A DNA stretch of 28,635 nt from a virus (taxonomy: Duplodnaviria > Heunggongvirae > Uroviricota > Caudoviricetes), in IMG/VR virus record IMGVR_UViG_3300037418_000775, positions 1 through 28,635 of that record. One strand, written 5' to 3'. Position numbers and translations under genes: made by a program. This document shows, one piece after another, positions 16,064 to 23,985 of the stretch. The number at the start of each line of letters is the position of its first letter. Position 1 is the stretch's first letter. Under the pieces are notes generated by a model that was given only the letters and a program-made list of their open reading frames with translations, did no database searches and had not been told where the DNA came from.

Positions 16064-16306
16064 GTGAAGACCCTCCTAACCCTAGTCGTAGTGGCGACCC
16101 TGCTGATGCTCTCGGCACGGGTCGCTTATGCTTTCAGGGTTTCTCGTACTCACGGGCTCGGTCTTCTCTATCACAACTGCCCCCGGGATTGCCAGCGCGA
16201 CCCGGACCTCACGGTCACAAACAATAGTGACAAGGAAGTCTATCTGAAGATCAACGGCCACGCCGTTCGGCTCAGACCCCATCAAGATATGGAGATTCAA
16301 CTTTGA
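16064..16306 (+). CDS. Small protein with N-terminal signal/TM helix
   Basis: MKTLLTLVVVATLLMLSARVAYA; GTG 6 nt after the -10 box. Confidence 0.7.
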   Translation: MKTLLTLVVVATLLMLSARVAYAFRVSRTHGLGLLYHNCPRDCQRDPDLTVTNNSDKEVYLKINGHAVRLRPHQDMEIQL

Positions 16307-16830
16307 CCGAAGAACCGGATCGGATGATGTGCGAGATGTGCGGCGAACAGCCGTGCCGCCGCTCTGATCAAGAATACCGCGAGTCCCATCCCGACGACCC
16401 CTGGATGGTGTTGTGCGACGAGTGCGACACGAAATGCAAAGGCAAGGTCCCGGCCCGTAAAGGGTTCGGGGTGAAGGAAGAGTTCGGGCCGAAGGCCACG
16501 GACGCCCGCCTTGAGTACTTCGTCTACGAACTCAAACTGGATACTGCCGTGTACCTGCGGCTGGAGAAGAAGAAGGTCCCGGCCCCCTACGATTGGGTGA
16601 ACGCCCTCTCTGACGAGTCCATTCGATGCCTCGCCAAAGAGTGCGCCGAGATCAAGACGACCTACGGGCCACGCATCTACAGCCGTCGTGGCTACCAGGC
16701 CAGCAAGGACGCCATCAACCGTTACAAGACTATTTGCGGAACCTACGCCGCCATGGCGTCGGTCGGGCAGTTCATTGGACACAAGCCGGAAAGCGTCAAG
16801 GAGGACGCCGTAGATGCAAGTCAAGCCTAA
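16303..16830 (+). CDS. Zn-finger protein
   Basis: CEMC...C...CDEC; TTGA overlap. Confidence 0.7.
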   Translation: MTEEPDRMMCEMCGEQPCRRSDQEYRESHPDDPWMVLCDECDTKCKGKVPARKGFGVKEEFGPKATDARLEYFVYELKLDTAVYLRLEKKKVPAPYDWVNALSDESIRCLAKECAEIKTTYGPRIYSRRGYQASKDAINRYKTICGTYAAMASVGQFIGHKPESVKEDAVDASQA

Positions 16831-17062
16831 GTTCTTCGCCTTCTCAGATATCCGGGTGGACCCCACGACCTGCCGGGTCTGTGCCACCCCGACCACCCGG
16901 GCGATGCAAGTAACCTTCATTCGGGAGGTCCCTTCCAGCGAAATGTACGCAGACCTGGAGATTCCATCGGTAAAGTTTGACATTCCGCTGTGCGAAGATG
17001 ACTTCTCCATGGATATCGCCCGCCAATGCGCGGTAGAACAGGTGCAAAACGATGCAAAATGA
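16814..17062 (+). CDS. Small Cys-containing protein
   Basis: CRVC...PLCEDD. Confidence 0.65.
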   Translation: MQVKPKFFAFSDIRVDPTTCRVCATPTTRAMQVTFIREVPSSEMYADLEIPSVKFDIPLCEDDFSMDIARQCAVEQVQNDAK

Positions 17063-17516
17063 TAGCAAAACGGCTGTAAAGTTCTCGTTTGAGGACTTTA
17101 ACCAGGCCGTCCGCAAGGTTCGAGAACGGATGGCCCCCAAGGTCACAACCCCGACCTCGGACATGGACTACCTGGTCAGCCTGATGGATACGGGACTCTC
17201 TCTGGAGACTCCCGAGGCGAAGGACGTGATCATCGCGCTCTTGGCCATCGAAGCGGCCAAGGCGGCACACACCATCGCAGACATGACCCTCTACTTCTCA
17301 GTCATTCGGGATGAGGTAGGTTCCAGGTCGGTGTATGACCAGGACTATCAGTCCATGTTGTCCTTCCTGGAGATGATCGCAGGCCGTGCCGCCCTGTCTC
17401 GGGAGAGCAAGGGATCAGCCCTGAGGCGGCTTGTGGAAGTCACCTTGAAGAAGCACTTTAAGGAGGAAGGCAGTGGAGCAGTTGAGCCTGATCACGGTCC
17501 CCCCTCCGACGAGTGA
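17052..17516 (+). CDS. Helical hypothetical protein
   Basis: 154 aa; overlaps upstream gene. Confidence 0.7.
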   Translation: MQNDSKTAVKFSFEDFNQAVRKVRERMAPKVTTPTSDMDYLVSLMDTGLSLETPEAKDVIIALLAIEAAKAAHTIADMTLYFSVIRDEVGSRSVYDQDYQSMLSFLEMIAGRAALSRESKGSALRRLVEVTLKKHFKEEGSGAVEPDHGPPSDE

Positions 17517-17646
17517 GGTTTCCTACCGGGCCAGATACGAGAAAGCCAAACTTACCCCGTGGGACAAGTGTCCCGAGTGTGGTAAGCATCGCCTCCTCGG
17601 GTCCTGGTGTAAGAACATCTTCCACTCCTTGAAGGCCTACCAATGA
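17473..17646 (+). CDS. Small Zn-ribbon protein (57 aa); not in ORF track
   Basis: GTG behind AGGAGG; ...WDKCPECGKHRLLGSWCKNIFH...*; ATGA overlap with next gene. Confidence 0.6.
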   Translation: MEQLSLITVPPPTSEVSYRARYEKAKLTPWDKCPECGKHRLLGSWCKNIFHSLKAYQ

Positions 17647-17909
17647 TGACAGAAGATACATTTGACGCGCTGAAGCCGTTTCCAGACGGACGGTTTTGGT
17701 ATGACGTTCCGCCCGCCGAGGCAATCAAACTGTACCCAGAAGGCATACCGAAAGAGTGTGCGCCATTGAACGACGACGGTGAGCCGTGCCCGTGGCCCTA
17801 CGACCCCGAGCAGTTAGGCGGCGCACCGATGGGGCAGTATCATTGTCCGTATTGCGGACTAATGAGCCTTGCGGGCGTGAAGCACTTGGACGCGAGGGTG
17901 CTGTCGTGA
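17643..17909 (+). CDS. Small Cys-rich protein
   Basis: ECAP...PCPWP...YHCPYCG. Confidence 0.7.
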   Translation: MMTEDTFDALKPFPDGRFWYDVPPAEAIKLYPEGIPKECAPLNDDGEPCPWPYDPEQLGGAPMGQYHCPYCGLMSLAGVKHLDARVLS

Positions 17910-18121
17910 ATGAGAGCAAAGCGACGATGCGTGACCCGAAGCGAATTGACGCTGTACTTGCCAAGGTGCGCGAGGTGTGGGAACGCTACCCGGATATGCG
18001 GCTGTCGCAGTTAATCGTTAACGCTTGCCGCACGAACGAAGCGGTCCCCGGCGTGTTCTACACCGAGGACAGCAAGTTACAGGAGGGATTAGAGTGGCTA
18101 CTGAGCCTCGGCAAAGCATAA
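17906..18121 (+). CDS. Conserved small phage protein (MRDPKRID family pattern)
   Basis: MRDPKRIDAVLAKVREVWERYPDMRLSQLIVN; start GTG 17906 or ATG 17927. Confidence 0.75.
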   Translation: MNESKATMRDPKRIDAVLAKVREVWERYPDMRLSQLIVNACRTNEAVPGVFYTEDSKLQEGLEWLLSLGKA

Positions 18122-18240
18122 CCTCATTTTGTTGCCCGTGCGGAGCCGCTACTGTCGTCGTGCAAAAACAAACGGTTCCAGGTCATTGGGCACCCGTGCG
18201 CGTTTGCTCGAATCCTACTACTACAGGATGCTGGCGATGA
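18094..18240 (+). CDS. Small Zn-ribbon-like protein (48 aa)
   Basis: GTG behind AGGAGG; CCPCG...VCSNP...GCW. Confidence 0.5.
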   Translation: MATEPRQSITSFCCPCGAATVVVQKQTVPGHWAPVRVCSNPTTTGCWR

Positions 18241-18250
18241 AGGACGATCA

Positions 18251-18463
18251 ATGTCTGTAATCCCACCTGGGTACTCCTGGCGGGTGTGCCGGGTCTGTAA
18301 GAAGCCCTTCGCCGCGAAGCGACGAGATGCTCAGACCTGTGGACCAACCTGCCGCTGGAGGAAGTCCTATTCCTTCTACTTCCGAACTGGACGGAGGTAC
18401 AACCCAACAAAGAATCTCCCTTGGTACCAGGCCAAGAAACTATCTGATGGGAATGATACATAA
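18251..18463 (+). CDS. Zn-finger basic protein
   Basis: CRVCKKPFAAKRRDAQTCGPTCR. Confidence 0.75.
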   Translation: MSVIPPGYSWRVCRVCKKPFAAKRRDAQTCGPTCRWRKSYSFYFRTGRRYNPTKNLPWYQAKKLSDGNDT

Positions 18464-18464
18464 T

Positions 18465-18719
18465 ATGAATGAGAAGAAAACCGACCAACCCAACCCCTCT
18501 GGCCTGGTAGTTGCACCAATTCCGCAAGGACCCGTAGATGGCAAACTGGAGTGCCCGTTCTGTAATAAGCAGATTGAAGACGCTCGTTCTTCGGACGGCG
18601 TCACGTATCACAAGTGTGAGGCTGACTCAGGTGAGAAAGTCGCCATGCTCAACGGCCACGCCATCAAAGGCCTGTCCGCCTACCACAAAGCCAATGTACC
18701 CCGAGGTGCTAGTCAGTAG
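18465..18719 (+). CDS. Zn-finger protein
   Basis: CPFC...YHKC; start uncertain (18453 or 18465). Confidence 0.65.
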   Translation: MNEKKTDQPNPSGLVVAPIPQGPVDGKLECPFCNKQIEDARSSDGVTYHKCEADSGEKVAMLNGHAIKGLSAYHKANVPRGASQ

Positions 18720-18870
18720 CATCAAGCCCTACATCGCTCGGGGGTGGATTGTCGTAGACAAGACCCCTCGCGGGTACTTGCTCAAGACCCCTACCGAAAA
18801 CGGGTGGTCCTTCGTCCACACCGTTATATCAGAAGCAGCAATAGAATTAGGAGAATTATGTTTACAATAA
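18694..18870 (+). CDS. Small hypothetical protein
   Basis: Distal part of track ORF 18538..18870; fills the gap. Confidence 0.5.
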   Translation: MYPEVLVSSIKPYIARGWIVVDKTPRGYLLKTPTENGWSFVHTVISEAAIELGELCLQ

Positions 18871-19073
18871 ATCATCAAGAACCCCCAAAGAGTGAGGGGC
18901 TATGGCAAGTAGAATGGGTTCACTGTAACTTTGAACGTATGGAAGTAACCTTCGGCCCAGCATCTAGTAATGGGTCCCAGAAGATAACTTCTGGCCTAGT
19001 ATACGTTATGAATGAGAACGGTAAAACCGTTGCCAAATACGACCTGAGTTATAATAAAGGCAAAATTAAATAG
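18858..19073 (+). CDS. Small phage protein
   Basis: SD AGGAG; C-terminal VYVMNENGKTVAKY motif. Confidence 0.7.
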   Translation: MFTINHQEPPKSEGLWQVEWVHCNFERMEVTFGPASSNGSQKITSGLVYVMNENGKTVAKYDLSYNKGKIK

Positions 19074-19410
19074 CAGGTGTGCAGGGCGTCACCCCCAGAG
19101 AGAATCTGGTAGGGGACGTAGAGGCTGCGTAGATCGATCCGCGTCTCGTGCCTGTGCTTTCCCGCCCTCTTTTCTCCCGATTGGGTGGGCCGCTCAATGA
19201 GGCTCGCGGTTATGAGCCTCTGCCCTTTTCAGGCTGTGTCACGGTAGCCAAGACCTGACCGCAGTTAAATGGCTAAGCCTCTGCTCTTGAGCAGAGGTGT
19301 GCCTGGCTGGTCTGCGATATCAAAGACTGAGCATAATTCAATCGTCAGCCACCCAGGGGCCCGCAAATCCCCGGCAGGGTGGCTTCTTTATATCCCAAGA
19401 AAGGTAAGAA
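19074..19410 (+). ncRNA. Candidate structured RNA or leader upstream of the packaging operon
   Basis: Gene gap with stems GAGGCTC/GAGCCTC (19199-19220), CCTCTGCTC/GAGCAGAGG (19278-19297) and others. Confidence 0.35.
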
Positions 19411-19416
19411 TGGACT

Positions 19417-19584
19417 GTGTACGACCCCGAGAAAGAACTGCTCTGCTCGTTCTGTGTGAAGATCGTGCCGAAGCCGCACGACTGTGAGGTTTCGAAGCGC
19501 ATGGCTGAGAACCCCATCGAACTCGATGCAACGTACATCTACTCGGACGCTATACCCACGCGCTCGATGTCCATTCGCAAGTAG
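19417..19584 (+). CDS. Small Zn-finger protein (55 aa); not in ORF track
   Basis: MYDPEKELLCSFCVKIVPKPHDCEV...RK*; ends 2 nt before the next ATG. Confidence 0.6.
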   Translation: MYDPEKELLCSFCVKIVPKPHDCEVSKRMAENPIELDATYIYSDAIPTRSMSIRK

Positions 19585-19586
19585 CG

Positions 19587-20348
19587 ATGGCCCAATGTCT
19601 CGAATGTATAGCCGAGACCGGGTCGTCCAAAGAGTTTAAGACACTCGTAACTCACCTCCCGAAGCACGTCCTCTCTGTTGAGGACTACCGGGCCAAGTAT
19701 GGTGAGGATGTCGAGGTCGGCTACGTCATCGCCCCGAAGACGAAGACCGTAGCCTCACCGCCTCCTACGGCGGACGACATTCTCAACGCATTGGAGATGC
19801 CAGTACTCGACCCGAACGAGGTCGTTACGACTTCCCTCGATGCTTCAGAGAAGAAGTTCTTTGAACAGCGGTATGCCTTTCTCATGCGGTCTGCCGAAGA
19901 CGACCGCGCCCTCGAAAGCCAGATTCGTGACATCGTCATGGGTGAGATTACCCTCATGCGGTATCAGAAGGAACTGGCCAAGATCACCGGGTCCCTCGGG
20001 ACTTCGGCTGGTCTGAAGAGGCTTCCTGATGCCAAGGCCATCCAGACGCTCATCAAAGAGTTACGGACTCAGAACCTGGCTGATATCAAATCTCTCAACC
20101 TGACTCGTGAGCAGAAACAGGCTCAGCGTAAGTCAGTTGAGACTACCCCGTCACGCCTACTCTCTCGGTACGCGCAGTTTATAGCCGCGCTGACACCGGA
20201 GCAACTCGCCCGCCAACGCGAGGACGAGTTAGAGGCGGCGGCCCGATTCCAAGTAAATTTACGCAGACTCCTCGACCTGGTACCACAAGATGCTATCCTT
20301 GCCGAGGAGAGCGTGGGAGAGGACGACGAGGACGAGGATGCTGAGTAG
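19587..20348 (+). CDS. Probable terminase small subunit with Ros/MucR-like Zn-finger N-terminus
   Basis: Directly upstream of and overlapping terL; CLEC...FKTLVTHLPKH...EDYRAKYG; helical body and acidic tail. Confidence 0.55.
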   Translation: MAQCLECIAETGSSKEFKTLVTHLPKHVLSVEDYRAKYGEDVEVGYVIAPKTKTVASPPPTADDILNALEMPVLDPNEVVTTSLDASEKKFFEQRYAFLMRSAEDDRALESQIRDIVMGEITLMRYQKELAKITGSLGTSAGLKRLPDAKAIQTLIKELRTQNLADIKSLNLTREQKQAQRKSVETTPSRLLSRYAQFIAALTPEQLARQREDELEAAARFQVNLRRLLDLVPQDAILAEESVGEDDEDEDAE

Positions 20349-22203
20349 CACTCACTTCTGGATTCCACGTATCACCCTGCCTCCTGGTATCAATGTCCCT
20401 GAGGTCATGGTGCCGGACGTGGTGGATGCCGCCAAGGACGATATCCTGGTGGCCGATGCGATCTTCCTCCCGAACTCAGGTGAACTCTTCCCGTTTCAAC
20501 GGGTAACCATGAAGGGCCTCGCGGATCACAAGGTCTGCTTCATTCAGGGCTGTCGTGGTAGTTCTAAATCCTGGGTCGTTGCTCGCTACCTCTTAGTCGA
20601 GGCGCTTCGCAACAAGATCAAGATTGTCTGTACGGGACCGACCTTCCGTCAGGCCATGATCCCCTTCCAGTACATCCTGGAGTTCATCGAAGAAAACTCA
20701 GGTACGGAACTGGCCTGCGACCTCGGTCGTGAGATTGAATCAATCACGACGGGTGGCTCTAAGGGTGAGGCAGTCATCAAGTTCCGCAACGGGTCAGTCA
20801 TCAAGGCTCTCCCGATGGGTAACGGTGCTCGACTGCGTGGTGAACGCGCCGACATCCTGGTCTGTGATGAGTTCTTTCTCATGGAGAAGACGATGTATAA
20901 ATCTCACATCGTCCCCTTCCTACTCGGTCACAAGCCCCTGACTTCCATCGGGCCGAAGTTGATTATGTCAACCTCGGCTGAGTACGAAGACTCGTATGCC
21001 TACAACGTCTTTACCCGGATGGTACTGCCGAACATCGAGCGCGAGAACAGGCTCGTGGCGGCGGACCCGGACTACCAGCGCAAGTATATAGCGTTCGACT
21101 GGAACATCCTGGACCTGAAGGCCCAGCGGCTCCCGAACGGTACGGTTTACAAGATCGACCGCGACGTGATGTCCATCCTCCTTGAGGGTGCTGACGAGAA
21201 CGAGAGGCAGCAGGTTCTCTTCAACCGTTGGATTGGGTTGAGCGGGCAGTTCATGCCCACCAACCTCATCGAGAAGATGCAGCGCAAGGACATCAAGATT
21301 GAGCACGAGGCTCAGCCCGACTGTGCGTACAGTCTGGCCATTGACGTTGCTACCACGCCAGAAGGCGACCACTTCGTCATTCACGTCTTGAAGTTCCTGG
21401 GTGACCGCAAGTGCGCCATCGTTAACACCTACATGGATAAGGGCCTTTCGGCTGATGAGATGGCCTGGTACATTCATCAATTCAATCAGAAGTTCCGACC
21501 GGAATGGATTGTTATGGACAAGGGCGGAGGCGGCCTATTTGTGTCGCAGAGCCTCTCAAAGCGTAAACTCATCTTCCAGAACGGCAGCGAGAAGAAGATT
21601 GATATCCCCATCCTAGAGCACGACGAGACTCGTGCGATAGATGGCGACAAGAAGTTGATCCTCACTCGCCCCATGGACGATAAGGTCCGGGCCTCGTTCG
21701 CGGGTGACCGGGTACGCGGTGGTGAGCATATCTCCTCTGAAGACGTGTTCCTTGACCTCCTTTATAATGGCATCCGTCAGACCCTCTCCAAGGTGGACGA
21801 TAGGGGCAAGTGCCTGACCTTCCATATCCCTGAAGAGGCCGGAGACCAAGGCGACGAGTTCGACCGTTCCGAGATCAAGATTCTCTCAGATATCAGAGAC
21901 TCGATTCATCAGTTGAAGTTCCTCACGCTCAAGTACAACGTACTGGCTGACGGAACTAAAGAGATTGCGCGTAGCAAGGTTAACAAGGTTCCCCTGTTCA
22001 CCTGGAAGAGTCAGAACAAGGACGGTGCGTCCGCGTTCTGCTACGGCTACATCGCCTACAATCTTCACTACCGTGACGCACGAGGCATGGAGAGTATCCA
22101 AGGCCTGCCCCGGGTCAATCCGATCCGGTACGACGACTTCAAGCGGTTTGAGCATCTGCCTGAGGACCCGTCCCAATCCGTCAACCTCTTCAAACCTAGA
22201 TAG
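20338..22203 (+). CDS. terL: Terminase large subunit
   Basis: Walker A-like GCRGSSKS, RGERADILVCDE Walker B, RNase H-like nuclease AIDVA...MDKGGGG...KDGA; likely start 20338 behind GAGG. Confidence 0.9.
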   Translation: MLSSTHFWIPRITLPPGINVPEVMVPDVVDAAKDDILVADAIFLPNSGELFPFQRVTMKGLADHKVCFIQGCRGSSKSWVVARYLLVEALRNKIKIVCTGPTFRQAMIPFQYILEFIEENSGTELACDLGREIESITTGGSKGEAVIKFRNGSVIKALPMGNGARLRGERADILVCDEFFLMEKTMYKSHIVPFLLGHKPLTSIGPKLIMSTSAEYEDSYAYNVFTRMVLPNIERENRLVAADPDYQRKYIAFDWNILDLKAQRLPNGTVYKIDRDVMSILLEGADENERQQVLFNRWIGLSGQFMPTNLIEKMQRKDIKIEHEAQPDCAYSLAIDVATTPEGDHFVIHVLKFLGDRKCAIVNTYMDKGLSADEMAWYIHQFNQKFRPEWIVMDKGGGGLFVSQSLSKRKLIFQNGSEKKIDIPILEHDETRAIDGDKKLILTRPMDDKVRASFAGDRVRGGEHISSEDVFLDLLYNGIRQTLSKVDDRGKCLTFHIPEEAGDQGDEFDRSEIKILSDIRDSIHQLKFLTLKYNVLADGTKEIARSKVNKVPLFTWKSQNKDGASAFCYGYIAYNLHYRDARGMESIQGLPRVNPIRYDDFKRFEHLPEDPSQSVNLFKPR

Positions 22204-22211
22204 AAAGGCAG

Positions 22212-23966
22212 GTGGGCCCTCTGGCTCGTCCTAGAAAGACTACCGCGTCAAAGGCTGGTCCTAAACTCCCCGAGACTGTGCTCCCCACGCTCGGGTCGGC
22301 CCCAATCCCTTTGGTCGCCAATGCGGTGCCCTCCTCGCTGGACCCTAACAAGTTCCGCAAGGCCTTCTCTGCTGCGTTCATCGGGAATCGCAACCCGATG
22401 TGGGATGACGAGACTGAACTGGCCACGATGGCCGCCGTCAACCCGGCGTCCCTTGCGTCAGTAGAGCGGGCACTCTCGTTCTCAGCCCTCCCGTTCAGCG
22501 GGGGGTCTGGAATCAATCCTCGCTTCGCCAAGAAGTACCCGGTGGCGGACCTCAACATTCCGCGTGACCCGGTAGCGGTTCTCCAGGTAGCATACAAGTA
22601 CTGCTATGAGAACCCCTTCGTGGCAAAGGCGCTCCGCGTCAAGACAGACTTCCTTTGTAAGGACTTCCATCATCAGACTCATAACGAGACCGTCAAAGAG
22701 TTCTACGATGACCGCGCGATTGACCTACGCCTGAGAACGGTCCTGCCGAAGATCGGCTGGAACCTATTCGGTGTCGGTGTATGCCCCATCTGGTGGGGCG
22801 GGGAAGAAGGCGGACAGATTCAGTTCATCAAGGTTCTGGACCCGCGCACCTGTCATATCATCCATCCCTTCGGGAAGCCCAAACTCTTCCTGAAGATTGA
22901 CCAAAGCATGATCGATGCCGTTCGAGACCCGATGGGCTCGAAAGACATCGCAAACAAGATTCAGTACGACTCGATGCCCCGGTATTGGATTGACCAGATC
23001 GAGGCACACCTTGCGAAGGGTGGAATCGGCCAAGGGCTGATCGAACTCCAAGAAGGGTCGTACACCGTCGTAGAAAACTCCTACGCCCCGATGAGCCGCT
23101 CTGTAGGCTCTCTGGATGGGATTCCGCTTCAGCCTGCGTTTGACGCACTTCAGCGGTATCGGCTCCTTGCCGCTGGCGATTTCGCTATCGCCTGGAACGT
23201 CAAGAACATGATCACCCTCATCTCCGAGGGCGACCCTAAACTTGAAGGCAAAGACTACAAGCCGATGGACGACACCCGTATGGCGCTGCTGGAGGCCAAG
23301 TTCGGCGCTCCCGACCAATCGCTTCAGGTCGTCTGTGATCCTACGACTCAAATAAGGTATGTCGTTCCGCCGATTGAGGTCTTCGACCCCAAGAAGTATA
23401 TGCAGGTGGAGAAAGAGATCAAAGAAGTTCTCAACCTCCCGTCCTTCATGTGGCAGAACGATGGCAAAGGCACCTACGGTGCCGCGATGGCCGAGATCAA
23501 GATGCTCCGTGAGGAGATCGACGCTGTACGCGTCATGCTCCAGGAGCAGTTCTTCCGCCCGCTCTACAAGCGCCTTCGAAAGGGCGCGGGTCGTAGTCCT
23601 GGTTTCAAGGAGAAAGATATCGTTCTCCCCACGTTCGACAACAACAGTCTGCGTGACGACGCTATCTGGCTCTCAGCAATGGCCGACCTCTACAGTCGTG
23701 GCGTACTCTCAGCGGAAACGCTGGCAGATACCTTCGGCCTGAACTTCGAGTACGAAGTTCAGCAGAAGAAAGACGAGCACGAAGACCTCGGCAACACCTC
23801 GACCGGACAACCCGGCGAGCCCATGAACAACACGCCAATGCGCCCCCTGTACGAACCGTCACAGGGCAATCTGAACCCTGTTCGCGAGAAGGGTGGCAAC
23901 GAAGCCAGTCCTGGTAGTGAACCGAGTTCTGGAACCGCTCGGAATCCAAGAAAGAGCGGGAAATAA
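22212..23966 (+). CDS. Portal protein
   Basis: 584 aa between terL and the protease; YENPFVAKALRVKTDF; helical content; disordered tail. Confidence 0.8.
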   Translation: MGPLARPRKTTASKAGPKLPETVLPTLGSAPIPLVANAVPSSLDPNKFRKAFSAAFIGNRNPMWDDETELATMAAVNPASLASVERALSFSALPFSGGSGINPRFAKKYPVADLNIPRDPVAVLQVAYKYCYENPFVAKALRVKTDFLCKDFHHQTHNETVKEFYDDRAIDLRLRTVLPKIGWNLFGVGVCPIWWGGEEGGQIQFIKVLDPRTCHIIHPFGKPKLFLKIDQSMIDAVRDPMGSKDIANKIQYDSMPRYWIDQIEAHLAKGGIGQGLIELQEGSYTVVENSYAPMSRSVGSLDGIPLQPAFDALQRYRLLAAGDFAIAWNVKNMITLISEGDPKLEGKDYKPMDDTRMALLEAKFGAPDQSLQVVCDPTTQIRYVVPPIEVFDPKKYMQVEKEIKEVLNLPSFMWQNDGKGTYGAAMAEIKMLREEIDAVRVMLQEQFFRPLYKRLRKGAGRSPGFKEKDIVLPTFDNNSLRDDAIWLSAMADLYSRGVLSAETLADTFGLNFEYEVQQKKDEHEDLGNTSTGQPGEPMNNTPMRPLYEPSQGNLNPVREKGGNEASPGSEPSSGTARNPRKSGK

Positions 23967-23985
23967 ACAATAAAGGACCTGGTAC

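Noticed and set aside
17499-17504. C6 run as a programmed frameshift joining 17052..17516 to the Zn-ribbon ORF
   Set aside because: The downstream ORF has its own strong SD and GTG at 17473; no stimulatory structure seen.
19246-19260. AGCCAAGACCTGACC resembles the 3' motif of cobalamin riboswitches
   Set aside because: The upstream core elements (GGGAA..GGTG, CCCGC.ACTGT) are not visible; partial match only.
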